Source: Acidobacteriota bacterium
Lineage (GTDB): Bacteria > Acidobacteriota > UBA6911 > RPQK01 > G965248645
DNA length: 64,000 nt
Direction: 5' to 3'
Assembly: GCA_965248645.1 (NCBI GenBank)
Contig: OZ252113.1
Coordinates: 1,782,590-1,846,589, forward strand
The position numbers and the translations under genes are program-made. Below are positions 9,993-21,115 of this stretch, piece by piece. Under the pieces are notes generated by a model that did no database searches, was not told where the DNA came from, and saw nothing but the letters and a program-made list of their open reading frames with translations. Within the stretch, counting starts at the first letter, position 1; every line of letters starts with the position of its first letter.

Positions 9993-12278
9993 TCATTTCC
10001 TCATTCTCCTGAGGACTGAATCTCCGTCACCGCCAGCAATTTCGGCAGCAGTGACTACCGCCAAATTGACAATCTCTGTTTCATCTGCTGATGGAGAGAT
10101 GATGTTAATGGCCATCTTCATGCCCAGGAGGATGGGGCCAAGCGCTTCAACGTTACCCAATTGCTGCACCAGCTTGTAGGTGATGTTTCCCGAGTTGAGG
10201 TTTGGAAAGATGAGAATGTTAGCAGGACCACCCAACCAAGGGAAAAGCTCCTCGGCCAAGGTGGGGCTGACGGCATAGTCGGCCTGGACTTCGCCTACAA
10301 TTTTCAGTTCCGGTCTTTGTTTGCGGGCCAGGTGTGCCGCTTGCTGCATTTTCCCGGCAGTGTTTCCGCGAGCATTTCCAAAGTTGGAGTAGGAAATCAG
10401 AGCTACTCGAGGTTCAATTCCTAAGCGTGCGACCACATCTGCACTCAGGATTGAGATCTCCGCCAATTCTTCAGCGGATGGATTGTAGTTGACAGTAGTG
10501 TCAGCGAAAAAGAAAACGCGCTCCCTGGCAATCATGATGTAGAGCCCATAGACGCGTGTTGCTCCCTTGGCCATGCCAATGGTCTGGAGGGCTGGCCGAA
10601 TTGCTTCGGGATAGGTACAGGTGGCTCCCGAAAGCATCCCGTCTGCTTCTCCTCGCCGTAAGAGCATAGCTCCGAAGTAGTTGTTGTTGGAGAGCATCTG
10701 ACGCGCGATCTTAGGTGTAACCCCTTTATATTTACGGAGTTGTGAGAATTCCTCTACTAGCTCGTCAAAGTGTTCATAGGTTTTCGGATCAATGACTTGG
10801 TACTCGCCGGGCTCGATGCCCAGTGCTTGAAAGTGTTTTTCAATCTTTACGCAGTCTCCCAGGAGAATAGGGCGGGCAAACCTTTGAGGAATGATTTTTG
10901 CACAAGCCCCGAGGATCACGTTGGAGGTACCCTCCGGAAAAAGAAGCCTGGTCTCTCGGCGCTGAGCGCGAGAGGTCAACGCCTGAATAATACTGCGGGA
11001 CTGAGAAAAGATCCGCTGTAGTCTGATCGGGTAGTCGTTAAGGTCAATAGATTTTCGTGCCACTCTAGTTTCCATTGCCGCCCTCGCGACTGCCGGAGCC
11101 ACCCAGTACAGGACCCTGGGATCAAAAGGTTTAGGAATAATATATTCGGGACCAAAGGAAAATTCCTGATCCCCGTAAGCTTGAGAAACGATGTACGGAA
11201 CCTCTTTTTTAGCCAAAGCAGCCAGCGCCCGCGAGGCGGCGATCTTCATGGCCTCATTGATTGTTCGGGCCTGAACGTCGAGGGTACCTCGGAAAATGAA
11301 GGGAAAACCCAGTACATTGTTCACCTGGTTGGGATAGTCGGACCGGCCCGTTGCCATTATGAGGTCCTTTTTTGCCGTTTTGGCTACCGCATAATCAATC
11401 TCAGGGTCGGGATTGGCCAGGGCAAATAAAATGGGCCTCTCATTCATGCTGGCTACCATCTCTTTGGTGAAAAGACCCTTTACCGAGAGGCCGAGTGCCA
11501 CATCAGCTCCCTCAAAGGCTTCTGTCAAGTTTCGCCGATCGGTTTTTCGGGCAAACTTTTTCTTCCATGGATTCATGCCCTCGGAGCGTCCTTTGTAGAT
11601 TACGCCCGTACTATCACACATTAGGATATTTTCCAGCTTGGCACCCAGGGTGACCATGAGGTCGGCACAAGCGATACCCGACGCTCCTGCCCCGCTGATC
11701 AGAATTCGGACGTCGCCTGGCTGCTTATCGACGAGTTCCAAGGCGTTGATAAAGGCAGCTCCCACGATAATCGCTGTACCGTGTTGGTCGTCATGAAAAA
11801 CGGGAATGCTGAGTTTTTCTTTAAGAGCTTGCTCGATGATGAAGCATTCGGGTGCCTTGATGTCTTCCAGGTTGATACCGCCAAACGTGGGCTCTAAGTA
11901 TTCGCAGGCTCGGATTACATCCTCCGCAGTTGGAGCGTTTAATTCAATGTCAAAAACATCAATGTCGGCAAAGCACTTGAAAAGTACTCCTTTCCCCTCC
12001 ATGACCGGCTTGCCTGCCAAGGGGCCTATATTGCCTAGGCCCAGGACTGCTGAGCCATTTGTGACCACAGCCACGAGGTTTCCCTTAGCAGTGTATTGGT
12101 AAGCGTTAATCGCGCTTGCATTAATTTCGCGGCAAGGTCCCGCTACTCCAGGAGAATAGGCGAGGGACAAGTCGTCGGCCGTCTGGCAGGGTTTTGTTGC
12201 CACGACCTCAATTTTTCCGCTTCGCCCCTCAGAGTGGTACTTTAGGGATTCGGTTTCCTTGGATATCTTTTGGTTCAT
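9993..12278 (-). CDS. maeB: NADP-dependent malic enzyme (malic enzyme domain fused to a phosphotransacetylase-like domain)
   Basis: The 761-aa product has an N-terminal malic enzyme segment (..[25 protein letters not shown]..) and a C-terminal PTA-like domain. Length and architecture match MaeB. Confidence 0.9.
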   Translation of the reverse strand: MNQKISKETESLKYHSEGRSGKIEVVATKPCQTADDLSLAYSPGVAGPCREINASAINAYQYTAKGNLVAVVTNGSAVLGLGNIGPLAGKPVMEGKGVLFKCFADIDVFDIELNAPTAEDVIRACEYLEPTFGGINLEDIKAPECFIIEQALKEKLSIPVFHDDQHGTAIIVGAAFINALELVDKQPGDVRILISGAGASGIACADLMVTLGAKLENILMCDSTGVIYKGRSEGMNPWKKKFARKTDRRNLTEAFEGADVALGLSVKGLFTKEMVASMNERPILFALANPDPEIDYAVAKTAKKDLIMATGRSDYPNQVNNVLGFPFIFRGTLDVQARTINEAMKIAASRALAALAKKEVPYIVSQAYGDQEFSFGPEYIIPKPFDPRVLYWVAPAVARAAMETRVARKSIDLNDYPIRLQRIFSQSRSIIQALTSRAQRRETRLLFPEGTSNVILGACAKIIPQRFARPILLGDCVKIEKHFQALGIEPGEYQVIDPKTYEHFDELVEEFSQLRKYKGVTPKIARQMLSNNNYFGAMLLRRGEADGMLSGATCTYPEAIRPALQTIGMAKGATRVYGLYIMIARERVFFFADTTVNYNPSAEELAEISILSADVVARLGIEPRVALISYSNFGNARGNTAGKMQQAAHLARKQRPELKIVGEVQADYAVSPTLAEELFPWLGGPANILIFPNLNSGNITYKLVQQLGNVEALGPILLGMKMAINIISPSADETEIVNLAVVTAAEIAGGDGDSVLRRMRK

Positions 12279-12975
12279 TATGAGATCCTCGGTACTTTGT
12301 TGTAAAACAATTTGTTGTTCGAATCAAAATATACGCTTTGACTCCTAGGCCCCAGACGGAAAATAGATTGGAGTGTCTATCTTTCCCTTGCCGATTCAAG
12401 GGTCGGGAGAACGTTTACTTGAATCAACTTCGCTGGAACAAACAAGTGATTTCATCGACGAGGAAACGCAGCTATTCTAGCACAGGATAATTCGTGTTTC
12501 GGGAAAAGTCAGAATGCGGTCCAGAGAAACGAACATATGATGTTTCATCAGAACCAGAAACTCCTTGATTGCTGCAACTAATCCTCCTGCAGTAACATGA
12601 TCTAAGGGATGCACGCCAGGGATTGTTTGAAGCGACCTTGGTCTGGGCTAATTTGCTGATTCCTGGTTTGGTGAGGAGCTCCTGACGTCGCCTGATTTCA
12701 GAATGGGACAGGCCCCCTTTTTTTAAGCTTTCCCTTGAGAACCAGGAGTAATGATTTCCGTCCCTTTGATGGTGATCTCCTTGGTGAGTCGCACAAGGTG
12801 GTTCGGTTTCATGTTGCGTTTTCCCGGAAGGAAATGGTTGTCCTCATGTACTCACTGCCTGGCCCACGATGACTGGTCTACCCATCGCCCTGGTGATCTC
12901 TCGATGACCGGCACAGAGGGTTAAGCGGTGTTCTCGGGACACGCGTCCAGCTTAAGCATGATCCCGCGAATCTCT

Positions 12976-13785
12976 TCACCAGGTGGTCCAGCCCCCATCG
13001 ATGACGAGATTCTGTCCGGTCATATAGCTTGAGGCATCGCTGGCGAGAAAAACAATTGCACCTTTCAGTTCGGCAGGTGCACCCATTCGGCCCATGGGAC
13101 ATTTCGTGGATAACCTTTCGACCAGCTCCGGAGCTATTCTGGTGGGAGGAAAGGCCCCGGGACTTAGGCAGTTAACCCGTATCTTGTCTCTGGCCCAATA
13201 GACAGCCAAGTGGCGGGTTAGATGAACGGTGCCACCCTTTAGGACATGGTAGGCGACTGGACTAGCAATCGACACTCCTGCATAGGCATCTGGGTAGGAG
13301 CCCACTACCCCATACATCGAACCCAATAGGACAACGCTCGCCGGTGCGTGACGCTTTACGGAAAGATCTCGAACGAGGCGAGCCAGTTCGAAGTAACCGG
13401 CGTTGTTGATCTGGTGTTGGGCAAATTCTTCAAAAGTGCAGTCAGTCAGATCTTTGCCGAGTACTTCCAGACCATTGTTGACTAGCACGTCCACTTGGCC
13501 CGCGGTTCGTAAGACCTCTTCGAAGCCCTGGTGAATCGATCCAGAGTTCATGTGGTTAAGCTCCACGCCATGATGCCGGGCCCCATTGACTTGTGGCAAG
13601 TTATCTGCGGCTTTCTGGGCCCGGACCCGTGCTCGGCTGGAGATTACCACCGAGGCCCCTGCCTCGGCTAAAGCCCGACACATGCTAGAGCCCAGCCAGC
13701 CGGTACCTCCCGTAACTAGCGTTACCTTTCCAGACAGGTCAAAGAGTTGCTGGACGGTGGGCTCAGACGCAGTTTCAGTATTCAT
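12976..13785 (-). CDS. short-chain dehydrogenase/reductase (SDR) family oxidoreductase
   Basis: A TGGTGWLG Rossmann motif lies near the N-terminus, and a YxxxK-type active-site region is present. The length (269 aa) is typical. Confidence 0.8.
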   Translation of the reverse strand: MNTETASEPTVQQLFDLSGKVTLVTGGTGWLGSSMCRALAEAGASVVISSRARVRAQKAADNLPQVNGARHHGVELNHMNSGSIHQGFEEVLRTAGQVDVLVNNGLEVLGKDLTDCTFEEFAQHQINNAGYFELARLVRDLSVKRHAPASVVLLGSMYGVVGSYPDAYAGVSIASPVAYHVLKGGTVHLTRHLAVYWARDKIRVNCLSPGAFPPTRIAPELVERLSTKCPMGRMGAPAELKGAIVFLASDASSYMTGQNLVIDGGWTTW

Positions 13786-14184
13786 GGCACCTCCGTCTTT
13801 TCACATCGGCTGGTGGATCGGTCTCAGCTCGACGAAAGCAGAAAGCTTTGGCCGGGCAGGTTAGAAAACCGATCAAGGATAGATCCTGCTATCAGCTTTA
13901 GTCTACCTCAGACTGTGCTAAAAAGGAAGGAGACGTAAGACAGCTAACACTTACGCTCTTTCCCAGTCTCATCTAGAGATGCTATAGTCGCTCGACCCCA
14001 GTGCAGTATTCTTGTATGGACGCGAAGCCCCCATTTGATGTGGTTATCGGGCGAGAGGTAATGGTGCTAATGCGCGAGGTTGTTCGATGGACCACCAGGG
14101 TAAAGAGGTGTTCCGAAACAGCCAGTGGGATCTGGGTTTTTAGTCGACGGTAAGGAAGACAAAACGGAGGAGGTTTTTGAAGCT

Positions 14185-15156
14185 ATGAAGATTCTTTTCA
14201 TTGGGATGCCCGACTCGAGGTATCCCTGGTACGAAGATTTTGTGGCATCGCTTGGATCGGCCCATTCAGTAGAAATCTACCAACCTGACAAGCCAGTCGT
14301 GGAGCAGTTCAAGGGGGTAAAGGTGGTGGTCGAACTGGGAGTCAAGACGGAACGGGAAATGATCGATATTGCGGTTGAGGAAGGTGTGAAGCTGTGGCAA
14401 GCTCTGAGCGTGGGTGTGAACCATATTGAGGTGGCCTACTTTTTGGCCAAGGGACTTCCCTTGGCCAACACACCGGGGCCATTTAGTGCTCCGGCCCTAG
14501 CCGAGCATGCGCTGTTCCTGATGCTCTGTTTGGCGAAGAAGCTGACCGCGAGTCTGAAGAACATTCGGTCCAACGTTGTGTTCCGGCCCATAACCGAGGA
14601 ATTGCAGGGGAAGACGTTAGGTATAGTGGGGCTTGGTGCCAGTGGACGGGCATTGGCAAAACGGGCGAATTCAATGGGGATGCGAATTGTGGCGATTGAT
14701 CTAGCGGACGTGCCTCAGGCGATGAGAGAAGAATTTCAGCTTAGCTTTTTCGGTGGTCCTTCCCAGCTGGACCTTGTCCTGGCCCAGGCCGATTACCTGT
14801 CGCTCCACATGCCCTTGACCCGAGAAACACAGCACATGATTGATGCACGGGCCTTTCAGCAGATGAAATCTACAGCTGCATTGATCAATGTGTCCCGGGG
14901 AGAGATTGTTGACGAGAAGGCCTTGACCGAGGCGCTTGAATCTGGCCAGATCTGGGGAGCGGGACTAGATGTGTTCGCTCAGGAGCCGTTGGATCCAGAG
15001 CATCCTCTCTTAAAAATGGACAACGTGATCGCAACTCCCCATGTGGCTGGGGGGACTAGGGAAACTTCCCAGCGGCGGGCGCAGGCGGCGGCTGAAAATG
15101 TGGATCGGATTGCGGAAGGGTTACCAGCCCTTTACCAAATCACTTCTGCAGAATAG
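14185..15156 (+). CDS. D-isomer-specific 2-hydroxyacid dehydrogenase family (NAD-binding)
   Basis: The NAD-binding motif GIVGLGASGRALAKRA is present, and catalytic H/E/R context lies in the C-terminal part. The start at 14185 (MKILFIG) has a GGAGGAGG Shine-Dalgarno sequence. The alternative start at 14125 is less likely. Confidence 0.8.
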   Translation: MKILFIGMPDSRYPWYEDFVASLGSAHSVEIYQPDKPVVEQFKGVKVVVELGVKTEREMIDIAVEEGVKLWQALSVGVNHIEVAYFLAKGLPLANTPGPFSAPALAEHALFLMLCLAKKLTASLKNIRSNVVFRPITEELQGKTLGIVGLGASGRALAKRANSMGMRIVAIDLADVPQAMREEFQLSFFGGPSQLDLVLAQADYLSLHMPLTRETQHMIDARAFQQMKSTAALINVSRGEIVDEKALTEALESGQIWGAGLDVFAQEPLDPEHPLLKMDNVIATPHVAGGTRETSQRRAQAAAENVDRIAEGLPALYQITSAE

Positions 15157-15187
15157 GCAAGACGCCCTCTTGCTTCTCAAGGAAGGG

Positions 15188-16342
15188 TTAGCGCAAGAAC
15201 TGTTTAGCGATGATCTCCCGCATGATCTCCGAAGTGCCGGAGGCAATGGTCCACAGGCGGTAATCTCGCGCGAAGCGTTCAACCGGAAACTCACGCATGT
15301 AGCCGTATCCTCCATGAATCTGCACTGCTTCGTAGGCAACACGATTGGCCATTTCAGTGGCAAAAAGCTTAGCCATCGAAACTTGTGTCAAGCACTTTTC
15401 TCCCTTCACAAAACGATCCGCTGCGTGATAAGTGAGGTGGCGTGCTGCCTCTACTTGGGTGGCCATGTCAGCAAAGCGATGACGAAGGGCCTGGAATGCG
15501 GTTAGTGGGTGGCCAAAAGCCTGACGCTGGCGAAGATGAAGCTGGGAGTCCTCAAGAGCTTGCTGTGCGGCGGATACACACAGTGTCGCGGCCATCAATC
15601 GTTCCCGCTGTAATCCGGAAACCAGCTGGTAGAAACATCGCCCTTCTTTACCCAGCAGGTTAGCCGTTGGTACCTCCACGTTATCGAACGCCAATTCGGA
15701 CGTATCGGAAGCCCACATGCCAGTTTTCTGGAGCTTTCTTCCAACGGAGAGTCCCGTGCTACTGCGTTCAACTAAAAATTGTGAAAGTCGTTGGTGACGA
15801 GGTCCGTCTTCGCGAGTGCGGGCAGCTACGAAGTACAGGTCCGCCTGGGAACCATTAGTGATGAAGGTCTTAGAACCTGTGATCACCCAGTTCTTGCCCT
15901 TCTTTCGGGCTCGAGTCGTGATGCCGGCCATGTCAGAACCTGCCTGTGGCTCAGTGATGGCAAGGGCACAGATTGTTTTGCCGCGGATAACGCCAGGCAA
16001 GTAGCGGGCCTTCTGCTCGTCACTGCCAAACTCGACCAACCATGGTGAGGACATGTCGGTGTGAACGATGATGCTAAAAGCCACCCCTCCCGATCGGCAG
16101 CGGGCCAGTTCCTCAGCTAGGACCATTGACATCCAGAAGTCAGCTCCCGCACCGCCGTATTGAGGGGGGAAACTGGCCCCCAGAAATCCCAATTCTCCCA
16201 TCCGGTGAAATAGCTGGCGGGGTGTTTCCCCGTTTTCTTCCCACTCTTCCACATGGGGTTCAATTTCCTCCCTCACAAAACGACGCAGGGATTGTCGGAA
16301 TAGCTCGTGCTCTTCGCTAAAATGTATCGACGAAAATGTCAA
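15188..16342 (-). CDS. acyl-CoA dehydrogenase
   Basis: ACAD N-terminal, middle and C-terminal domains are recognisable (..GASFPPQYGGAG..; ..ALAITEPQAGSD..; ..QIHGGYGY..). Confidence 0.85.
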   Translation of the reverse strand: MTFSSIHFSEEHELFRQSLRRFVREEIEPHVEEWEENGETPRQLFHRMGELGFLGASFPPQYGGAGADFWMSMVLAEELARCRSGGVAFSIIVHTDMSSPWLVEFGSDEQKARYLPGVIRGKTICALAITEPQAGSDMAGITTRARKKGKNWVITGSKTFITNGSQADLYFVAARTREDGPRHQRLSQFLVERSSTGLSVGRKLQKTGMWASDTSELAFDNVEVPTANLLGKEGRCFYQLVSGLQRERLMAATLCVSAAQQALEDSQLHLRQRQAFGHPLTAFQALRHRFADMATQVEAARHLTYHAADRFVKGEKCLTQVSMAKLFATEMANRVAYEAVQIHGGYGYMREFPVERFARDYRLWTIASGTSEIMREIIAKQFLR

Positions 16343-17128
16343 TTCGCAGCCCAGGCTAGCAATCGTAGGTTCCTTCTGTCAAGGAGAAGAGAAGGAGCCG
16401 TAAGAACAACGTATACAGTCTAACAGCGAGTCGTCAGTTGGGAAAATGTTTAGTAGTGGTGGATCGCGATGTATCCTCCAACTCGAAGTATCTTATCCAG
16501 AGAGATACCAGTGTCTTGTTCTCGACATATTCTATTTATAAGAGGATAGTTATATATGAATATCTAATACTATTTCTAATCAATATTTCTCGTGGTTCCC
16601 TAACGGGCAAACTGAGTTTAGTATTTTATTGTAGAAATAGGATGACCCTTGTGGCGAAGGGAACACGGCGAAGACGATACCATGCTACATCCTGAAGGAA
16701 GATAGGTTTGGCAATATGGGCTGGGAGGATCGAGATGGTGATTTCTTTCCAATGGAAACAGGCCGTTGCCTAAGGTTTTCGCCAATTGGAAAAATTGGTT
16801 TGTCCAACTGGAATACAGTCGCCAGGAGGTATGGACTCTTTGTCATCTCCTCGCAAAGGAAGAAGTTGACAAAGGATAATAGATCCACCAAGTGTAGTGT
16901 CAGCGTGTGGGTAATGGCCTGGGCGATAGGCGGGTATTCTCGGGTGGTCTAGATGGAGAGCAGGGCGCCGCCTTATAGTATGCAACGGCGCGAAGTGGTT
17001 AGCAGGGTTTGGGAAGGCAGAGGTTTCCGTATGGCCATCAATCTACCCCATCTCGCCTGTGTATTCTAAACTCAAGGCTGGTGCCGCAGTGGTTGAAGTG
17101 AGCCGATACCCGTGAAAAATATGTTTCT

Positions 17129-18649
17129 TCATGTAGGGATGACCGTTGCAATGGGTTTGGCTTTGAGCAATTTGAGTGCCAGGTGACCTAAGAGTGTTGC
17201 GAGCTTCCTCTTGGTGCTGCGAACAGCGCTATCCGCCGAGAGCCCATAGCGTCGATAACGGACGAGTAAGCCCCGGGAAACCACCAGGTAGGCCAGAAAC
17301 TTTCTCGGATCGCGAAAGAAATGGAAACGCCAGGATCTTTTCAGGATTGACACTAGGCTGTAAAAGTTTTTCCAAGCCTTCTCGACATACTCCAATAATT
17401 CCTCTTCCCTGAGGTAGGGATGGTCATAGAGTATCCGAGGGTGTTCTGGATCCAACCAGTAGTCGTAATCCGCCTTTTTCAGCTTCAAGCGTTTCTTACC
17501 TTTTCTCATCAGGTGAAAGTCGACGGTGCCGGGTAGAGGAGTCATGGGGATGAACTGCGCCATAGCGATTCCGCACTTGCGGGCAAACTGGATAGTGTAA
17601 TCAAGCGACTCTGAGGTATCGCTCTCTATGCCGAAGATAAAGGCTCCAAAAATATAGGGGAAACCCTGTTTTCGGATTGTCTCCAATCGTTGGACTAAGG
17701 CGTCTCCTGTAGAGTTAAAATACTTGTTGGTAGCTTTCAGTCCTTCCTCCGTGACCGTTTCAATCCCAATCAAGGCACCGGAGACATTGGCGTCTTTCAT
17801 GGCTTTCAAAAACTCGGCGTCATCCGCCACTTCCATGGTGATCTGCGTGAAGAAAAACATGTCTTTTGGGACTTCTGCGGCCAAGCGTCTGAGGAGCTCA
17901 AGGCGCTTCTCCTGACCCTGTTCCAGCAGGGATTTTGCTTCTGGCGAGCGTGCGGTAGCGATGTCCCGGCAAGTGTACGGATAGAAGTTATCGTCGGCGA
18001 ACATAATGAGCCGGAAACCAGACCTATATAAATACTGAACTTCCTGGAGAATACCGTCGTTGGTACGGACCCTGGGAATGCGACCGTCTTGCACCCACAC
18101 CGAGCAAAAGGAACACTGTTTGGGGCAACCGCGAACAGTTTGGATGGAAGCGACCAGATAGCGGTTTACATTCAATAGGTCCCAGCGAGCAGGGCTGAAG
18201 CTCTCTGGGTCTACCCGCCCACCTTTGTATTTTGAGCGTAGAGAGCCAGTAGAATAATCTGTCAGAAGTTGGGGCCAGACTTCTTCTCCGTCCCCAGTGA
18301 CTACGGCATCTCCTCGCTTCAGCGCTTCTTCCGGAAAGACAGAAGGGTGTGGACCTCCAAAAACTACCGTTGCACCGGACTCCTTCACCTTGTGGGCCAA
18401 CTTATATCCGTGAATCGCGTTAAACGTGTGGATACTGATGCCGACCAGATCACCAGATCTTACTTCCTCGAAGGGGAAAGTCTCAATGGTCTGATCAACG
18501 AGTCTCAACTCCTCTACGAATTCCTCCTTTGGTGTAACAGCCGCTAGGACTGGCAAAGATCTGGGCGTGATAAAGGAGAAGTCAATGCGCTCGGCAGGTG
18601 GAGCAGGATTGACCAGAAACACTTTGAACCGATGAAGGTCACTCGTCAT
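17129..18649 (-). CDS. B12-binding domain radical SAM protein (class B radical SAM)
   Basis: There is an N-terminal B12-binding-like domain. The radical SAM cysteine triad is VRGCPKQCSFCS. The length is 506 aa. Confidence 0.75.
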   Translation of the reverse strand: MTSDLHRFKVFLVNPAPPAERIDFSFITPRSLPVLAAVTPKEEFVEELRLVDQTIETFPFEEVRSGDLVGISIHTFNAIHGYKLAHKVKESGATVVFGGPHPSVFPEEALKRGDAVVTGDGEEVWPQLLTDYSTGSLRSKYKGGRVDPESFSPARWDLLNVNRYLVASIQTVRGCPKQCSFCSVWVQDGRIPRVRTNDGILQEVQYLYRSGFRLIMFADDNFYPYTCRDIATARSPEAKSLLEQGQEKRLELLRRLAAEVPKDMFFFTQITMEVADDAEFLKAMKDANVSGALIGIETVTEEGLKATNKYFNSTGDALVQRLETIRKQGFPYIFGAFIFGIESDTSESLDYTIQFARKCGIAMAQFIPMTPLPGTVDFHLMRKGKKRLKLKKADYDYWLDPEHPRILYDHPYLREEELLEYVEKAWKNFYSLVSILKRSWRFHFFRDPRKFLAYLVVSRGLLVRYRRYGLSADSAVRSTKRKLATLLGHLALKLLKAKPIATVIPT

Positions 18650-18720
18650 GAAAGATTTCCTCTATATCTCGTTGCCCACTCCCGAAGCGTAGTATGCATG
18701 TCTGGGATCCGATAGTCAAT

Positions 18721-20163
18721 CTAGGCGTGGCTATGCCCAACGCCAAAAAGCTTCTGGCCTGGCGTTTCACCAACCAGGGTAGAGGGGAACCATACTCCAC
18801 AATAACTTCCACATCTTCGACCCGGAGGGGGACTCACCAAACCTGTGGCCCTTCCATTCAGCACAAACTCCAGCAGGTTCTGGCCCCGACGGGGACGCAC
18901 CTTGCGCAAATGAAACTCCAGCCACTGACCATTATAGGGAGCGATAGGTGAGCCATAATCGCGCAGACAGGTCTCCTCGGCCAAGGACTTCCCATTGAGC
19001 AAGATCCTCAGCCGGTCGGCCGATACCAAATCGGTAATGTTGATTCGTAGCCGCACTTGGCGGATGCGCTCGGCAGTCCCTTCGATGTCGTCGGCGATGC
19101 GGAAAGCGATCTTGTGCGTGCTCCGGTCCGAGGCGGCGATCTCCAGCGGCAAGGAGGTCGGGTAGCCGACCAGTCCGGCGATCTTGAGGCTTCGCTTGAC
19201 CAAATAGTGTTTGTCGGCTTCCCGAACTAGATCCGGGTCGCCCAGCTCCGAGAGAATCCGGCGGGCAGTATCCCCCAGCGGCCACCGGAGAAACCAGCTG
19301 TACATACCATCGTCCCCTAGGGCCCAGTAGTTGGCCACTGCCGCGCGTATCATCTCCGGCGTTGCCCACTCTCGCGTGTGGAGTTCACGCTCCGCGCTGT
19401 GATGATAGGGCTGGATCATAGCGTAGACTGAGGTCTCGACCTGGTGAGCAGCCTCGATCAGCCCCAGTCGATGGGCATCTGGCTATCCACTAGCATGTAG
19501 CTGTAGACCAAAGGAACTACGTAGTCAATCAGGCCCTCACGCAGCCAGGTGCGCACGGTTTAGTCCCTTGGCTAGGTTGATGGCCTCGGTAGGATAGACC
19601 CGAGCCTCCACCTGGCCCGGTTTCCCTGGCCGGCTACGCACCATTTCCGAGACTTTCCTGATCCATTGGGTCATCACCGGTGTATAGGATTCGACGTCTT
19701 CCTCTCTGAAGTAAAATGGGCTACCGCCGGGGGCGGCGGCGAAGTCCAGCTCGACCCCTTCAGTTGCATACTTGCTGGCCAGCGCCTGGAGCACAGAAAA
19801 CTGATGGTCCCGTACCTCCGGATGAACGAAACCCCGCCCCCCCGACTTGAGCTGGTGGGCCGGGTCCATGCCAAGGTAGCCGCCCAGGCGCAAACTGGCG
19901 AAAAAATCCATGCCTTTGTCGTGTGCGCGGTCGATGAGGACTCGCAGCGGATCCATTCCTCGATCGATCAGGCTTTGCTGGTTGTGCCAGACGCGCCAAT
20001 AGGCTGCCTGGCGGAAAGCGGTTGAATCTCCTCCATATTTGAAGCGCTGGCCCACCTTTGAGGGATAAAAGAGACCGTCTGGACTTGCTACTCCGTAGGT
20101 AAAAGTGTGCACGGCGGTCCCCGCGGTTTCGTGTGCGGGACGCCAAGCGTCCTCGAGCTTCAT
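18721..20163 (-). pseudogene. GHL-like TIM-barrel hydrolase paralog, N-terminally truncated with at least two frameshifts (around 19420-19540)
   Basis: This is paralogous to 59861..61534 and 53381..54940: DRAHDKG vs DRAHEKG, GVELDF vs DGFELDL, AAVANYWALG vs AAACNYWAQG. The three coding pieces lie in three different frames, and the middle piece (TVRTWLREGLIDYVVPLVYSYMLVD) aligns to the paralog. The N-terminus lacks the signal peptide region. Confidence 0.6.
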
Positions 20164-21115
20164 CGGTGGCTCAAAACAAACAGATTTGTAGTTCCTCTCT
20201 GGACTCCTTTTGCTCGAGTTTCTTTAGTGGTGAGCCCTGCGGTGGCTACCGCAGGGGCTAGTTCCTGCATGAAGCTTCGCGTTGTAAAACTGATCACTGT
20301 CTCCGTGTGTGTGCTCCTAAGCGATTGGTAGTATTAGCAAAGCTCTCAGTTATAGAAGTGTCGGTTGCGGGCACCTCAGAACTGTTTTCTCGAGATACTG
20401 GGATCAGACCGGAGGAAGCCATTGCTGTTCATTTGGTGTTCCATTTGACAAATATGGTGATATTAGCTGTTGGGGCTTGCTGGACAAGGTCAAGGCGTGA
20501 GGAGGTAAGAGGTGTGCTGGGCACATTGTGGGTGATGTGCAATGTGAAGATTAGTCGGAATCTCCCTCTGCCTAGGGCTGGCGAGGGCAGGAGCTAATCT
20601 CTTTGTCGTTGCTGCTCCCCGCAACGCTGTGATATCGCGTTCATGCTCGCCTTATGACTTTAACGCGGTCGCACTCGGCAAAAACAGCATCGTATTTCCG
20701 AGATGGGACGCTTAGTTTTGAGTTCAGAGGATGTTTGCTCGTTTCCTTTGTAACGAGTGTTTGCTATCTTCAATCTGGGAGCCTGCTTCAGGTTTTCCTC
20801 CAACGGGCCAGCAGCCGTGCAACGAGGTCGATCGAAAGAGGGAGGAGCAGTGATAAAACTTGGCACTTTTCTTATGCCGATTCATCCGCCGAGGGCCCCA
20901 GATTCGGTGTTTCAATGAAAACATCTCAAAGGGGTTAGGGTACACACCCCTGTGTTCGAATATTATCCACTAAAACAGAGTTGTAGAGAACGGGAAGTCC
21001 TATTGTTAGGGTTCAAGGGAGGCCGTTGTGGTCTCGGTTGATTCTTGACAGACAGGGTGGGAGAGTGAACCTTCATTGAACCTACAGTCAACCCCAAATA
21101 GAGAGGAGACTTCCT

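Noticed and set aside
12700-12730. Rho-independent terminator at the T9 run (GGCCCCCTTTTTTTTT)
   Set aside because: No convincing GC-rich stem precedes the T-run, and no gene ends immediately upstream on the plus strand.
16480-16640. AT-rich 160-bp stretch between the acyl-CoA dehydrogenase start and the rSAM gene end as a foreign insertion
   Set aside because: It is short and sits in a divergent or terminator intergenic position, so it is most simply a promoter or UP-element-rich region. There are no ORFs or repeats.
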